Shown here piece after piece: positions 7,510-16,653 of a stretch of DNA of 64,000 nucleotides. This DNA is from Candidatus Omnitrophota bacterium. Lineage in GTDB: Bacteria; Omnitrophota; Gorgyraeia; Zapsychrales; JANLHA01. How positions within the stretch are numbered: the first letter of the stretch is position 1; every line of letters begins with the position of its first letter. Below the pieces are notes generated by a model, which saw only the letters and a program-made list of their open reading frames with translations, ran no database searches and had not been told where the DNA came from. The translations under genes and the position numbers were made by a program. Location of the stretch: NCBI GenBank assembly GCA_020632535.1, contig JACKFJ010000002.1, positions 254,331 to 318,330 of the forward strand, given 5' to 3'.

Positions 7510-9513
7510 GTGAAACTTAGTCTAAATTGGCTTAATGATTTTGTTCGACATGGCCTTTTACCAGAAAAGCTCGCCGAGCGTCTGACTATGGCTGGTCACG
7601 AAGTCAAAAGTATCGACGAAATCGCTGGTGACCGTGTTTTTGAAATTGAAATCACGCCTAATCGCCCAGACTGTCTAAATACTTTAGGCTTAGCTCGTGA
7701 AGTCAGCGCGATTGTCAATAAGCCGCTAGTTTTGCAAAAATTAAAAACGATAAAAATTCCAAAAACTTTATGTAGTGTCACAATTGAAGATCGTAGCGCG
7801 TGTTTACGTTATGTTGGCGCTGTTGTGGAAAATATTTCGATTGCGGAATCGCCTATTGTTGTAAAAGAGAGATTGCAGGCGATGGGTGTGCGGTCTATTA
7901 ATAATGTTGTTGATATTACAAATTATGGTCTTTTCGAAAATGGCCAACCGCTACACACATTTGATTACGACAAATTAATTGGCGGCAAAATCATTGTGCG
8001 TCGTGCTAAAGCTGGTGAAAAGATTGTCACACTCGACGGTGTTGAAAGACAATTAAACCCGTCGATTCTTGTCATTGCGGATGCAGAAAGAGCAGTCGCC
8101 ATTGCTGGCATCATGGGTGGTCAAGATACCGAAGTCACAGCGAAGACAAAAAGAATTTTGTTGGAAAGTGCTTATTTTGATCCAGTTCTCATTCGTCGTG
8201 CTGGTCGTGCTTTAGGATTGACAAGCGATTCCGCGTATCGTTTTGAACGCGGTGTTGATTTGACTAATGTCGATGTGGCTGCCAAGCGCGCTTTAAGTAG
8301 ACTTTTAGATTTCGCAGGTGGGAACATTGTCAATTATCGCGATGTTGCAGTTAAGAAAACGGTCACACAAAAACAATTTAGTGTTGATATGAAAGGTATT
8401 GGTCATTTTCTCGGTACGAATATTTCTGCGGTTCAAGTCAAGAAAATTCTAGGTAAATTGGATTTTAAGGTAAGCGGCAAGGGCGAATGTCTTAAAGTAA
8501 TGGCGCCGAGTTTTCGCAGTGATATTAAAGGCGCGATCGATATTTCAGAAGAAATAAGCCGTATTATTGGGTATGATCGGCTTGATTCGAGTTTGCCGCA
8601 GATCAAGCCTTCCGCTATTGTTTCATCGGAAAGATTTCAGTTAAAACGAAAATTGCGTCGCATTTTGACCGCTCAAGGCCTTGATGAAGCAATCAGTTAT
8701 CCTTTGATTAGCCGCGGTGCGATTGAAAAAACTAATGTTGCGGACCTCCCAATATCAAGAGTCAAGAACCCTTTGAGCTTAGATCAGGAATATTTGCGGC
8801 CATCGCTTTTGGCAAGCCTTCTTGCCGTTGTTAATTTGAATTTTAATCACGGACAAAAGAATTTGCGTTTATTTGAACTCGGGAAAATTTATCCGCCTGC
8901 CGGAGAAAAAGAAGTTTTGGGTATTGTGTTGACGGGAAATCGTCCGCAAAATTGGCAGATCAATAAAAAAGAAACCGTGGATTTTTATGATCTTAAGGGT
9001 ATTGTGGTTCGTATTTTTGAAACGTTAGGATTTGACTTGCCGACATGTGTTCTCGGTAAGAAAACTATAGATATTGTCTTAGAAAAAGAGAAGATCGGCT
9101 TTTTAGGCAAAGTCAGCAAAGATATTCTTAAGAATTGGGATTTGAAGTCCGATGATGTTTATTATGCCGAAATCGATCTTGAGAAATTTTATAAATTAAA
9201 ACCACAAATAAAGCGTTTCGTCTCGCTTACGGACTTTCCTTCAATAACTCGCGATGTGAGTATCGCGGTCAAGCAAGATGTCAGTTTTGGTCAAATCGAA
9301 AGTTTAGCCCGTGAAATTGGCTCCACGCATTTAATCGCGATTAATTTTATTGAACAGTATCTTGGCGAAAAGATTGCCGCTGGTCAAAAAGGACTTGTTT
9401 TTTCACTGCTTTATCAATCATCGCAGCGCACGTTGACCGAAGCTGAGATTGCTCCCATCCACGAAAAAATACTGCAAAGATTAAGTCAGGATTTTGGCGC
9501 TGTTATTCGCTGA
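7510..9513 (+). CDS. pheT: phenylalanine--tRNA ligase beta subunit (short form, GTG start)
   Basis: MKLSLNWLNDFV..., EITPNRPDCL, B3/4, B5, FDX-ACB-like C-terminus (SLTDFPSITRDVSI). At 667 aa the OB-fold tRNA-binding insert is absent. Confidence 0.9.
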   Translation: MKLSLNWLNDFVRHGLLPEKLAERLTMAGHEVKSIDEIAGDRVFEIEITPNRPDCLNTLGLAREVSAIVNKPLVLQKLKTIKIPKTLCSVTIEDRSACLRYVGAVVENISIAESPIVVKERLQAMGVRSINNVVDITNYGLFENGQPLHTFDYDKLIGGKIIVRRAKAGEKIVTLDGVERQLNPSILVIADAERAVAIAGIMGGQDTEVTAKTKRILLESAYFDPVLIRRAGRALGLTSDSAYRFERGVDLTNVDVAAKRALSRLLDFAGGNIVNYRDVAVKKTVTQKQFSVDMKGIGHFLGTNISAVQVKKILGKLDFKVSGKGECLKVMAPSFRSDIKGAIDISEEISRIIGYDRLDSSLPQIKPSAIVSSERFQLKRKLRRILTAQGLDEAISYPLISRGAIEKTNVADLPISRVKNPLSLDQEYLRPSLLASLLAVVNLNFNHGQKNLRLFELGKIYPPAGEKEVLGIVLTGNRPQNWQINKKETVDFYDLKGIVVRIFETLGFDLPTCVLGKKTIDIVLEKEKIGFLGKVSKDILKNWDLKSDDVYYAEIDLEKFYKLKPQIKRFVSLTDFPSITRDVSIAVKQDVSFGQIESLAREIGSTHLIAINFIEQYLGEKIAAGQKGLVFSLLYQSSQRTLTEAEIAPIHEKILQRLSQDFGAVIR

Positions 9514-9515
9514 TA

Positions 9516-9543
9516 TTGAACATTTCCTCGTCCGTGATATAAT
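9516..9543 (+). promoter_or_regulatory. near-consensus sigma70 promoter
   Basis: TTGAAC (9516-9521), 16-nt spacer, extended -10 TGaTATAAT (9535-9543). Confidence 0.55.
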
Positions 9544-9549
9544 CTTTTT

Positions 9550-9700
9550 GTCCCTGCAGTGTTCGTTAGCGTCACGCAAAAAGAACCAATACTTATAAAA
9601 TGGGATCCTAAACTTCTTGCGGTCTGTGGATCGTCGGAGTGGAGCCCACTTGGTGACTCGGTTCACCTATGCACCGCGACGGCACACGTGGGGATATTTT
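9550..9700 (+). ncRNA. candidate structured RNA or long structured 5' leader of rarA
   Basis: About 150 nt lie between the promoter and the rarA ATG. The 5' end UCCCUGCAGUGUUCG can pair with the 3' end ACGGCACACGUGGGGA. Internal hairpins are AGTGG-AGC-CCACT and GGTGA-CTCGGT-TCACC. It ends in a T-run. No known RNA family was recognised. Confidence 0.3.
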
Positions 9701-9702
9701 TT

Positions 9703-11052
9703 ATGAAAAGAAAAATTCCAAACAATTCTTCCGAGCCTACCATTTTCTCTGAAATTCAGGAAAAAGAAATTATTAAAAGTTCTCCTTTAAGTGTGCGCAT
9801 GAGACCGCAAACACTTAAAGAATATGTTGGGCAAACGCATATTCTAGGCGAAGGCAAATTGCTGACGCGCGCAATTGAATCGGATCGTTTGAGCTCGTTA
9901 ATTTTTTATGGACCGCCGGGCTCAGGTAAAACGACACTTGCGTTATGTATTAGTAGGGAAACTTCCGCGGTTTTTGAAAAAATTAATGCCGTGACATCAA
10001 ATGTTGAAGAAATGCGCAAAATTCTCGCCAGCGCGCAAAATCGCCGTGCCACTTCCGGACGCCGCACCATTTTGTTTATTGACGAAATTCACCGTTTTAA
10101 TAAAGCTCAGCAAGATGTTCTTATGCCTGACCTTGAGGACGGTAGCGTGGTTTTGGTTGGCGCGACAGTACTTAATCCTTTTTTTACTTTAGTTAGTCCA
10201 TTGCTTTCTCGTTCGTTGGTTTTTGAACTCAAAAGTTTATCGTCCGAAGAAATCACAGCACTTATAAAACGAAGTTTAATAGATAAAGAACGTGGATTAG
10301 GGCAAATCAATATTCAGGCGGATGAAGAGGCGATTCAATTTTTATCACAAATTTGTGATGGCGATGCCCGCAAAGCACTTAACGCGCTGGAAATCGGAGT
10401 TTTAACCACGAAAGCCAACGCGAAGGGAATTGTGCACTTAACTTTGGCGGTTGCGCAAGAATCTATTCAAAAAAAGCAAGTCAACTATGATCGCGATGGT
10501 GACGGTCATTACGATACAATTTCCGCTTTTATCAAGTCTATGCGTGGTTCTGACCCTGACGCGACGCTTTATTGGCTGGCAAAAATGATTTATGCGGGAG
10601 AAGACCCTCGCTTTATTAGTCGTCGCATTTGTATTTGCGCGGCCGAAGATGTTGGGTTAGCGGATCCGCAGGCTTTGGTGTTGGCAAATGCAGCCATGCA
10701 GATTTCGGAGTTTGTCGGTCTTCCGGAAGCTCGCATTCCTCTTGCGCAAGCCGCAGTTTATGTAGCCTGCGCGCCAAAATCTAACGCGGCTTATCTCGGA
10801 ATTGATAAAGCTTTGGCTGATGTGAAAGAAAATCGAATTCGTGAAGTTCCAGTAGCATTAAAAGACGCATCTTATAGCGGTGCAAAGACTTTTGGGCGAG
10901 GTCAAGATTATAAATATGCTCACAATTTTAAAAATCATTACGTTTCTCAAGAATACATGCCTGAAAAAGTACAATATTATGTCCCAACTGAGCTTGGTTA
11001 TGAGAAAAAGATTAAAGCTTGGCTTGAATATCTCAATCAAAATTCCGATTGA
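9703..11052 (+). CDS. rarA: replication-associated recombination protein A (AAA+ ATPase)
   Basis: MRPQTLKEYVGQTHILGEGKLL, Walker A GPPGSGKTTLA, Walker B LFIDEIHRFNKAQQD, MgsA C-terminal domain. The ATG at 9703 is preferred to the upstream alternative start. Confidence 0.9.
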   Translation: MKRKIPNNSSEPTIFSEIQEKEIIKSSPLSVRMRPQTLKEYVGQTHILGEGKLLTRAIESDRLSSLIFYGPPGSGKTTLALCISRETSAVFEKINAVTSNVEEMRKILASAQNRRATSGRRTILFIDEIHRFNKAQQDVLMPDLEDGSVVLVGATVLNPFFTLVSPLLSRSLVFELKSLSSEEITALIKRSLIDKERGLGQINIQADEEAIQFLSQICDGDARKALNALEIGVLTTKANAKGIVHLTLAVAQESIQKKQVNYDRDGDGHYDTISAFIKSMRGSDPDATLYWLAKMIYAGEDPRFISRRICICAAEDVGLADPQALVLANAAMQISEFVGLPEARIPLAQAAVYVACAPKSNAAYLGIDKALADVKENRIREVPVALKDASYSGAKTFGRGQDYKYAHNFKNHYVSQEYMPEKVQYYVPTELGYEKKIKAWLEYLNQNSD

Positions 11053-11098
11053 GAAAAAGCTGATAAAGTGCTACTATGAGTGACTTAAAAGTTGACAT

Positions 11099-11671
11099 AT
11101 GTCCTTGGAATCATTAAAAATTGCTAAAGAAAAAATTCGCAAAGAAATTTTAGCACGACTGCGAAAGCAGAAGGAGGAAGACAGGTTTTCAAAAAGCCTG
11201 TTGATCTTAAAAAAACTCTTTGCTCTTCCTGAATTTAAACGGGCAAAGACAATTCTTTTTTACGCCTCGTTTGACGGCGAGGTGGAAACGCTCGAAATGA
11301 TGAAGCAGTCATTAACGTTAGGAAAAAAAATCGCATTGCCAAGCATTCATACGAAACATAAAGAAATTACTCCCACTTATGTGCACAATCTTCAAGAGGA
11401 TTTGGTCCTCGGCTCTTACGGTATTAAAGAATCTCGACATACAGGCCGTTATCCGGTCAACTGTGACGAGATCGATCTATCTATTGTCCCCGGTGTGGCA
11501 TTCGACGCGGACAATTACCGTTTGGGACGTGGCGCCGGTTATTATGACCGTTTCCTCACCCGCTTATCTAAAGAAATTCCTGCCATTGGCCTTGCGTTTG
11601 ATTTTCAACTCGTTACGCGTCTGCCCCGTCAAGAGCACGACATTCCGATGACGCATGTCGTTAGTAATTAA
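11099..11671 (+). CDS. ygfA: 5-formyltetrahydrofolate cyclo-ligase
   Basis: ILFYASFDGEVET..., PGVAFDADNYRLGRGAGYYDRFL, HD.PM C-terminus. Confidence 0.88.
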   Translation: MSLESLKIAKEKIRKEILARLRKQKEEDRFSKSLLILKKLFALPEFKRAKTILFYASFDGEVETLEMMKQSLTLGKKIALPSIHTKHKEITPTYVHNLQEDLVLGSYGIKESRHTGRYPVNCDEIDLSIVPGVAFDADNYRLGRGAGYYDRFLTRLSKEIPAIGLAFDFQLVTRLPRQEHDIPMTHVVSN

Positions 11672-11756
11672 TCGTCAATTTTAAAAATTAAATTTGTTTT
11701 ATCTTGTGAGACTTTGTCTTTAGGCAAGGTCCTTTAATAAAAAAGTGAGGAACATC

Positions 11757-13325
11757 ATGAATTCAGATGCAGTTTATCCTGTTGTTTTGGGTTTAGTCGG
11801 CGTGGGTTGTGTTTTGGCCGGTTGGTTTTTACGATGGTTTTTTGCGAATAAAAATTTACGCGTTGCTGAAGAGCGGGCAAAAAGTTTGACTGAATTTGCT
11901 ACGCGCGAAGCGGAAAGCCGCAAAAAGGAAGCGGAGCTCGCGGCTAAAGATCTTCTTTTGAGAGTTCGCCAGGATTTTGAAAAAGAAACTAAAGATCGAC
12001 GAGAAGAAGTTTCTAACGCCGAAAAGCGCATTTTGCAAAAAGAGGAAAATCTGGAACGTCGGGTTGACCTTCTTGAGAAAAAAGAAAAGGATATTTCGGT
12101 TCGTTCGGCCGCGGTTCGACAGGAAGAAGAAGCGATTAAGGCTAAAAATGATGAACTTGAAAAACTGATTGATGAGGAAAAAAAGCGCTTGCAAACCATT
12201 GCGATGATGTCGCAAGATGAAGCTAAGCAGCTTCTCTTGAGCCGCGTGGACCAAGATTTATTGCAGGAAAAAGCAACGCGCATTCGTCGCATGGAAGAAG
12301 AAATCAAGGAAAACGTCGACAAGACTGCCCGCAATATTATTGCCACCGCGATTCAACGTTGCGCTTCTGATCATACGGCTGAGACAACATTGAGTGTCGT
12401 GGCTCTTCCCAGTGATGAAATGAAGGGGCGCATTATTGGCCGTGAAGGACGCAACATTCGCGCGCTCGAAATGGCAACAGGTGTGGATATTATAATTGAT
12501 GATACGCCGGAAGCTGTTACCATTTCAGGTTTTGATATGGTGCGCCGCGAAATTGCGCGCATTGCATTAGAAAACCTGATTGTCGACGGCCGCATTCATC
12601 CCGGACGCATTGAAGAGGTTGTGGAAAAGGCAAAAAAAGAAATTGATAATAAAATTAAAGAAGAAGGTGATAAGGCGGCCTTCGATCTTGGTATTCATGG
12701 CATGCATCCAGATCTTTTAAAACTTGTTGGTCGTTTGAAATATCGCACAAGTTTTGGCCAAAATGCCTTGGTTCATACTAAAGAGGTTGCGCGTTTGATG
12801 GCTTTAATGGCAACACAGCTAGGGCTTGATCCCAAAATCGCGATTCGCACTGGACTTTTGCATGACATTGGAAAAGTTGTTAGCCAAGAAGCTGAAGAGG
12901 GAACGCATGCAATCGTTGGTGCGAATTTGGCTAAGAAGCATGGCGAGAATGACATTATTGTTAACGCTATTGCTTCGCATCACGACGAGGTTGAGTCAAC
13001 AACATTGTATGGCAATATTCTTTGCGCGGCAGACGCGATTAGTGCTGCTCGACCGGGCGCCCGTGCTGAAACGCTAGAAACATACGTTAAGCGTCTTGAA
13101 AGTTTAGAAAAAATTGCCAACTCTTTTAAGGGCGTAGAAAAGTCTTACGCGTTGCAAGCTGGTCGCGAAATTCGTATTATGGTTCAGCCGGATAAAATTA
13201 ATGATGATGAAGCGATTGTGATGGCACGCGATGTTCGCAAGCGTGTCGAACAAGAGTTGGAATATCCGGGACAAATTAAAGTTTTGGTTATGAGAGAAAC
13301 GCGGGCAACTGAATACGCTAAGTAA
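11757..13325 (+). CDS. rny: ribonuclease Y
   Basis: N-terminal TM helix, KE-rich coiled coil, KH domain ([15 protein letters not shown]), HD domain (LLHDIGK...ASHH). ATG at 11757 follows GAGGA. Confidence 0.92.
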   Translation: MNSDAVYPVVLGLVGVGCVLAGWFLRWFFANKNLRVAEERAKSLTEFATREAESRKKEAELAAKDLLLRVRQDFEKETKDRREEVSNAEKRILQKEENLERRVDLLEKKEKDISVRSAAVRQEEEAIKAKNDELEKLIDEEKKRLQTIAMMSQDEAKQLLLSRVDQDLLQEKATRIRRMEEEIKENVDKTARNIIATAIQRCASDHTAETTLSVVALPSDEMKGRIIGREGRNIRALEMATGVDIIIDDTPEAVTISGFDMVRREIARIALENLIVDGRIHPGRIEEVVEKAKKEIDNKIKEEGDKAAFDLGIHGMHPDLLKLVGRLKYRTSFGQNALVHTKEVARLMALMATQLGLDPKIAIRTGLLHDIGKVVSQEAEEGTHAIVGANLAKKHGENDIIVNAIASHHDEVESTTLYGNILCAADAISAARPGARAETLETYVKRLESLEKIANSFKGVEKSYALQAGREIRIMVQPDKINDDEAIVMARDVRKRVEQELEYPGQIKVLVMRETRATEYAK

Positions 13326-13344
13326 ATTTTTTTATGGAAAAACT

Positions 13345-14127
13345 ATGAATGTGTTATGTGTCGGGGATGTCGTCGGTAAAGCTGGCAGGTATGCTCTTGA
13401 AGAGTTTCTTCCAAAAATAAAGGAAGAATATAAAATTGATTTTACAATCGTCAATGGGGAGAATGCCGCGGGCGGTGCGGGACTGACACCGCGGATTGCG
13501 GAACAGCTTTATCGCGCGGGTTGTGATTTTTTGACTCTCGGGGATCATACATGGGATAAGCATGAGCTTATTGAATATTTAGCACAAGAGCCAAATATTA
13601 TTCGTCCAGCAAATTTTCCAGAAGGTACGCCAGGAAAAGGGTGGGCGGTGGTTGACGTAGGCGAATATAAAATTGGCATTGTAAATCTTTTGGGTCGCGT
13701 TTTTATGCGCTATAATGTGGATTGTCCGTTTCGTGCATTGCAAAAAATTGTGGAAGAGATAAAAAAGGAGACAAACATTATTTTTGTCGATTTCCATGCC
13801 GAAACCACCAGCGAAAAAGTTGCTTGTGGACATTTCGCCGACGGAGAAATTACCGCGATTTTTGGAACACACACTCATGTACAAACCGCGGACGCAAAAG
13901 TTTTGCCAAAAAAAACAGCGTATATTACTGACTTGGGTATGACAGGTCCGTATGACTCGGTGATTGGTCAGAACAAAGAAAAGATTATTCAACGTTTTTT
14001 GACTGGAATGCCTGTTCGGTTTGAAGTTGCGACGGAAGATCCGCAATTGTGCGGCATTGTCGTTGAAGTGGATACAACAACCGGGTTAGCCCGGAAAATC
14101 ACGCCAATACAAAGGAGAACAACATGA
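13345..14127 (+). CDS. ymdB: YmdB-family metallophosphoesterase (2',3'-cyclic-nucleotide phosphodiesterase)
   Basis: VLCVGDVVGKAGR...TIVNGENAAGGAGLT...LGDHTWDK; conserved rny-ymdB synteny. Confidence 0.88.
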   Translation: MNVLCVGDVVGKAGRYALEEFLPKIKEEYKIDFTIVNGENAAGGAGLTPRIAEQLYRAGCDFLTLGDHTWDKHELIEYLAQEPNIIRPANFPEGTPGKGWAVVDVGEYKIGIVNLLGRVFMRYNVDCPFRALQKIVEEIKKETNIIFVDFHAETTSEKVACGHFADGEITAIFGTHTHVQTADAKVLPKKTAYITDLGMTGPYDSVIGQNKEKIIQRFLTGMPVRFEVATEDPQLCGIVVEVDTTTGLARKITPIQRRTT

Positions 14128-14513
14128 GCCCTTGGGATGGATTAAATCGCAGGCGCTTTCCGCGTGTCAATTACCCGTGTCAGGTTGTTGTGCGCAATGA
14201 GCAAGATCAAAAAGATGTAATTTTGGCGCATACCGAGAATATTGGCGTGGGTGGAGTTTGCGCAATTCTTAAAAAGGGTTTGCCAATGTTTGCCCCTGTT
14301 GAAGTTGAACTTGATCTTCTTGATTTTGAAGATCACGTGAAATGTCAGGGCAAAATTGTCTGGTCAGTGCGCCGCAAATCAAATGAAGAAAACAAGCCAA
14401 TGTTTTATGATATTGGTATTGAATTTGTGGACATTAATGATCGCGATCGTGAACGAGTTGAAGCGACCGTTCAGCGATTAGTTAAGCAGGGCCGCCTTGT
14501 TCCTGAAACATAG
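14124..14513 (+). CDS. PilZ-domain protein (putative c-di-GMP receptor)
   Basis: RRRFPRV (RxxxR) and ENIGVGGV (D/NxSxxG-like) motifs; ATGA overlap with ymdB. Confidence 0.7.
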   Translation: MSPWDGLNRRRFPRVNYPCQVVVRNEQDQKDVILAHTENIGVGGVCAILKKGLPMFAPVEVELDLLDFEDHVKCQGKIVWSVRRKSNEENKPMFYDIGIEFVDINDRDRERVEATVQRLVKQGRLVPET

Positions 14514-14518
14514 TACAA

Positions 14519-14556
14519 CACTGCGTTATTAATATGAAACGCAGTGGTTCATTTTA
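14519..14556 (+). terminator. rho-independent terminator after the PilZ gene
   Basis: CACTGCGTT (14519-14527) / AACGCAGTG (14538-14546) followed by GTTCATTTT. Confidence 0.6.
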
Positions 14557-14576
14557 AAATTTGTTGCGGTTAATTT

Positions 14577-14606
14577 AACTCCACAAATTGTGGTTCTTGT
14601 GGAGTT
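14577..14606 (+). promoter_or_regulatory. alternative-pairing inverted repeat in the gltX leader
   Basis: AACTCCACAA (14577-14586) can pair with either TTGTGG at 14588-14593 or TTGTGGAGTT at 14597-14606. It lies 27 nt upstream of the gltX ATG. Confidence 0.3.
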
Positions 14607-14632
14607 TTGCTTTTAACAACTTTAGGAAAAAC

Positions 14633-15943
14633 ATGGAACCTATTGTAGAAGATAAAGGAAATACACCGGTAAAGATTCGTGTTCGATTTGCGCCAAGTCC
14701 GACGGGGTTTTTGCATATTGGTGGAGCTCGTACCGCGCTTTTTAATTGGATGTACGCACGCGCGCAAGGTGGTATTTTTATTTTGCGTATCGAAGATACT
14801 GATGCTGAGCGCTCGAAAGTGGAATATCTCGATGAGATTTTGCGAAGTATGAAATGGTTGGGGTTAAATTGGGATGAATTTTATAAACAAAGCGAACGTT
14901 TTGATATTTATCGTAAATATGCCGGACAGCTATTGGCTGAAGGGAAAGCGTATAAAGATGGCGAGGCGGTGATTTTAAAAATGCTGCCTGATCAGGTTAA
15001 GATTTTTGATTTGATCCGCGGAGAAATTCAATTTGACACCGAAACTATTAAGGATCAGGTTTTGATGAAATCCGACGGGACTCCGACATACAGCTTTGCC
15101 TGTGTTGTTGACGATGCGCTTATGGAAGTCAGTCATGTTATTCGCGGCGAAGATCATATTTCGAATACACCAAAGCAAATTATGATTTATCAGGCTTTGG
15201 GTTTTAAAATACCTAAGTTCGCGCATTTGCCATTAATTATGGATGAAGAAGGCGGCCGCATGTCTAAGCGTGCTGGTGCCGTGGCTGTTAGTGATTATCA
15301 GGTTCAAGGATTTTTGCCGGAGGGCATTGTCAATTATTTGATGTTATTGGGTTGGTCGCCGGGGAATAATCAGGAAAAAGTCAATCTTGACGCGGCAGTT
15401 AAAAAGTTTTCTATTAAAAAAGTTAATAAAGCCGGTGCCGCGTTTTCGATGGACAAACTTAAATGGCTTAACACGCAATATATTAAGGAAATGCCCGTTG
15501 GGCAATTGACAGACCTGCTTTTGCCTTTTTTAAAGGAAAAAGGTTACGGTGATAATACGGATCGCAAGTGGCTCGAAGAAGTTGTTAAGCTATATCAGCC
15601 GCGCATGTCGACACTGTTGGATTTTATGGATTGGGCAGACTATTTGTTTGAAGCGAATATTAAAGCAACAGATGAAGATAGCGCTAAATATTTGACGTCT
15701 GACAAGAAAGAGGGATTTCGCCTTTTGGCAGAAGGATTAGCCGCGGCGCCAAATTTTGATCATAAAGCAACCGAGGAAGTTTTTCGTGGTGTTGTGGCAA
15801 AGTTGGGAATTCCCGCCGGTGATTTGGTGCATCCGGTGCGTATTGCGTTGACGGGCAAGACAATTGGTCCCGGACTTTTTGAAACGATGTCGGTTCTTGG
15901 GAAAGACAAAACGGTTCGTCGATTGCAGGAAGCGTTTGGATAA
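14633..15943 (+). CDS. gltX: glutamate--tRNA ligase
   Basis: RVRFAPSPTGFLHIGGARTALFNW (HIGH), MSKRAG (KMSKS), class I GluRS core. Confidence 0.92.
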   Translation: MEPIVEDKGNTPVKIRVRFAPSPTGFLHIGGARTALFNWMYARAQGGIFILRIEDTDAERSKVEYLDEILRSMKWLGLNWDEFYKQSERFDIYRKYAGQLLAEGKAYKDGEAVILKMLPDQVKIFDLIRGEIQFDTETIKDQVLMKSDGTPTYSFACVVDDALMEVSHVIRGEDHISNTPKQIMIYQALGFKIPKFAHLPLIMDEEGGRMSKRAGAVAVSDYQVQGFLPEGIVNYLMLLGWSPGNNQEKVNLDAAVKKFSIKKVNKAGAAFSMDKLKWLNTQYIKEMPVGQLTDLLLPFLKEKGYGDNTDRKWLEEVVKLYQPRMSTLLDFMDWADYLFEANIKATDEDSAKYLTSDKKEGFRLLAEGLAAAPNFDHKATEEVFRGVVAKLGIPAGDLVHPVRIALTGKTIGPGLFETMSVLGKDKTVRRLQEAFG

Positions 15944-16038
15944 AGCCCCGTATATGCCTTTTCTAAAGAAAAGTTTTGGGAAGGCAGTACTAGGGTAAAA
16001 TTATTCTAAAGGTAGTTTTGAATAGATTATTGAAATTT

Positions 16039-16109
16039 TGCCCTGTCGTCTAATGGTAGGACATGAGATTCTGGATCTCAGTATTTTGGTTCGAATCCAA
16101 GCGGGGCAG
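16039..16109 (+). tRNA. tRNA-Gln (CUG)
   Basis: Acceptor TGCCCTG/CGGGGCA, anticodon loop TTCTGGA, T-arm GGTTCGAATCC; no encoded CCA. Confidence 0.88.
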
Positions 16110-16117
16110 CTAAATCT

Positions 16118-16138
16118 AAAAGCCCTTTTGGGCTTTTG
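16118..16138 (+). terminator. terminator after tRNA-Gln
   Basis: AAAAGCCC-TTTT-GGGCTTTT hairpin with a T-tail. Confidence 0.6.
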
Positions 16139-16160
16139 GATTTGATCGATTCTCCGAGCA

Positions 16161-16178
16161 GTCCCGCTTTCGCGGGAC
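16161..16178. repeat. REP-like GC-rich palindrome
   Basis: GTCCCGC-TTTC-GCGGGAC perfect 7-bp hairpin followed by AAGCGGG. It lies in a non-coding gap next to a tRNA, like the element at 2841-2946. Confidence 0.45.
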
Positions 16179-16302
16179 AAGCGGGTGAGAAAGTTATTCG
16201 TACTGAGCGTTGAATGTTTAGTGCGAGGCTTGGTTTCGGTGAGAGTCGAATGCAGGAAAATGTTGTTGTGATTTTTTAACACTTTCTTTACAATAAGCGC
16301 CG

Positions 16303-16500
16303 ATGAGTAAAATTAAAGCATATGTTTTTGGTTGCCTGACGATTCTTGTTATCATATTGATATGGCAGAATACAGAGGTTGTAACAATTAAAATATTGTT
16401 CTGGCAAGTTAGCATGTCGAGAGCTATTTTGATTCCTAGTATTTTTCTTTGTGGAGTTGTTTTTGGGTATCTTGCCAGCAAAAAACCTGTCTTAAAATAA
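16303..16500 (+). CDS. small membrane protein, LapA-domain (DUF1049)-like
   Basis: 65 aa with two hydrophobic helices flanking QNTEVVTIKILFWQVSMS, the pattern of the LapA/DUF1049 domain. Confidence 0.5.
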   Translation: MSKIKAYVFGCLTILVIILIWQNTEVVTIKILFWQVSMSRAILIPSIFLCGVVFGYLASKKPVLK

Positions 16501-16599
16501 GCCGCCTTGAGCCATTTTTAAAATTGAATGCCGCGGCGACTGATCATCGCAATATTTCCCCAAAAATCCATTGCTAACTATTTTAATAATATTTCCTTG

Positions 16600-16627
16600 T
16601 TGACAAAAGACTCCGGAATTATATAAT
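16600..16627 (+). promoter_or_regulatory. sigma70-type promoter of the Rrf2 gene
   Basis: TTGACA (16600-16605), 16-nt spacer, TATAAT (16622-16627). Confidence 0.55.
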
Positions 16628-16653
16628 CACATGCAGGTATCCTATTTATAAAT

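Noticed and set aside
9550-9700. Possible SRP (4.5S) RNA, tmRNA or RNase P RNA
   Set aside because: The conserved SRP helix-8 sequence (GGAAGCAGCC with GNRA loop) is absent on either strand. The region is too short for RNase P or tmRNA and has no tRNA-like ends. It is kept only as an unclassified candidate RNA.
9559-9702. Upstream alternative start extending rarA by 48 aa
   Set aside because: The extension has no similarity to the RarA N-terminus. The ATG at 9703 gives the canonical MRPQTL... spacing, and the region looks like structured RNA.
11774-12346. 190-aa Ser/Arg-rich minus-strand ORF (and 11856-12254)
   Set aside because: It is antisense to the Lys/Glu-rich coiled-coil region of rny. 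The open antisense frame is a by-product of the GAA/AAG-rich sense codons.
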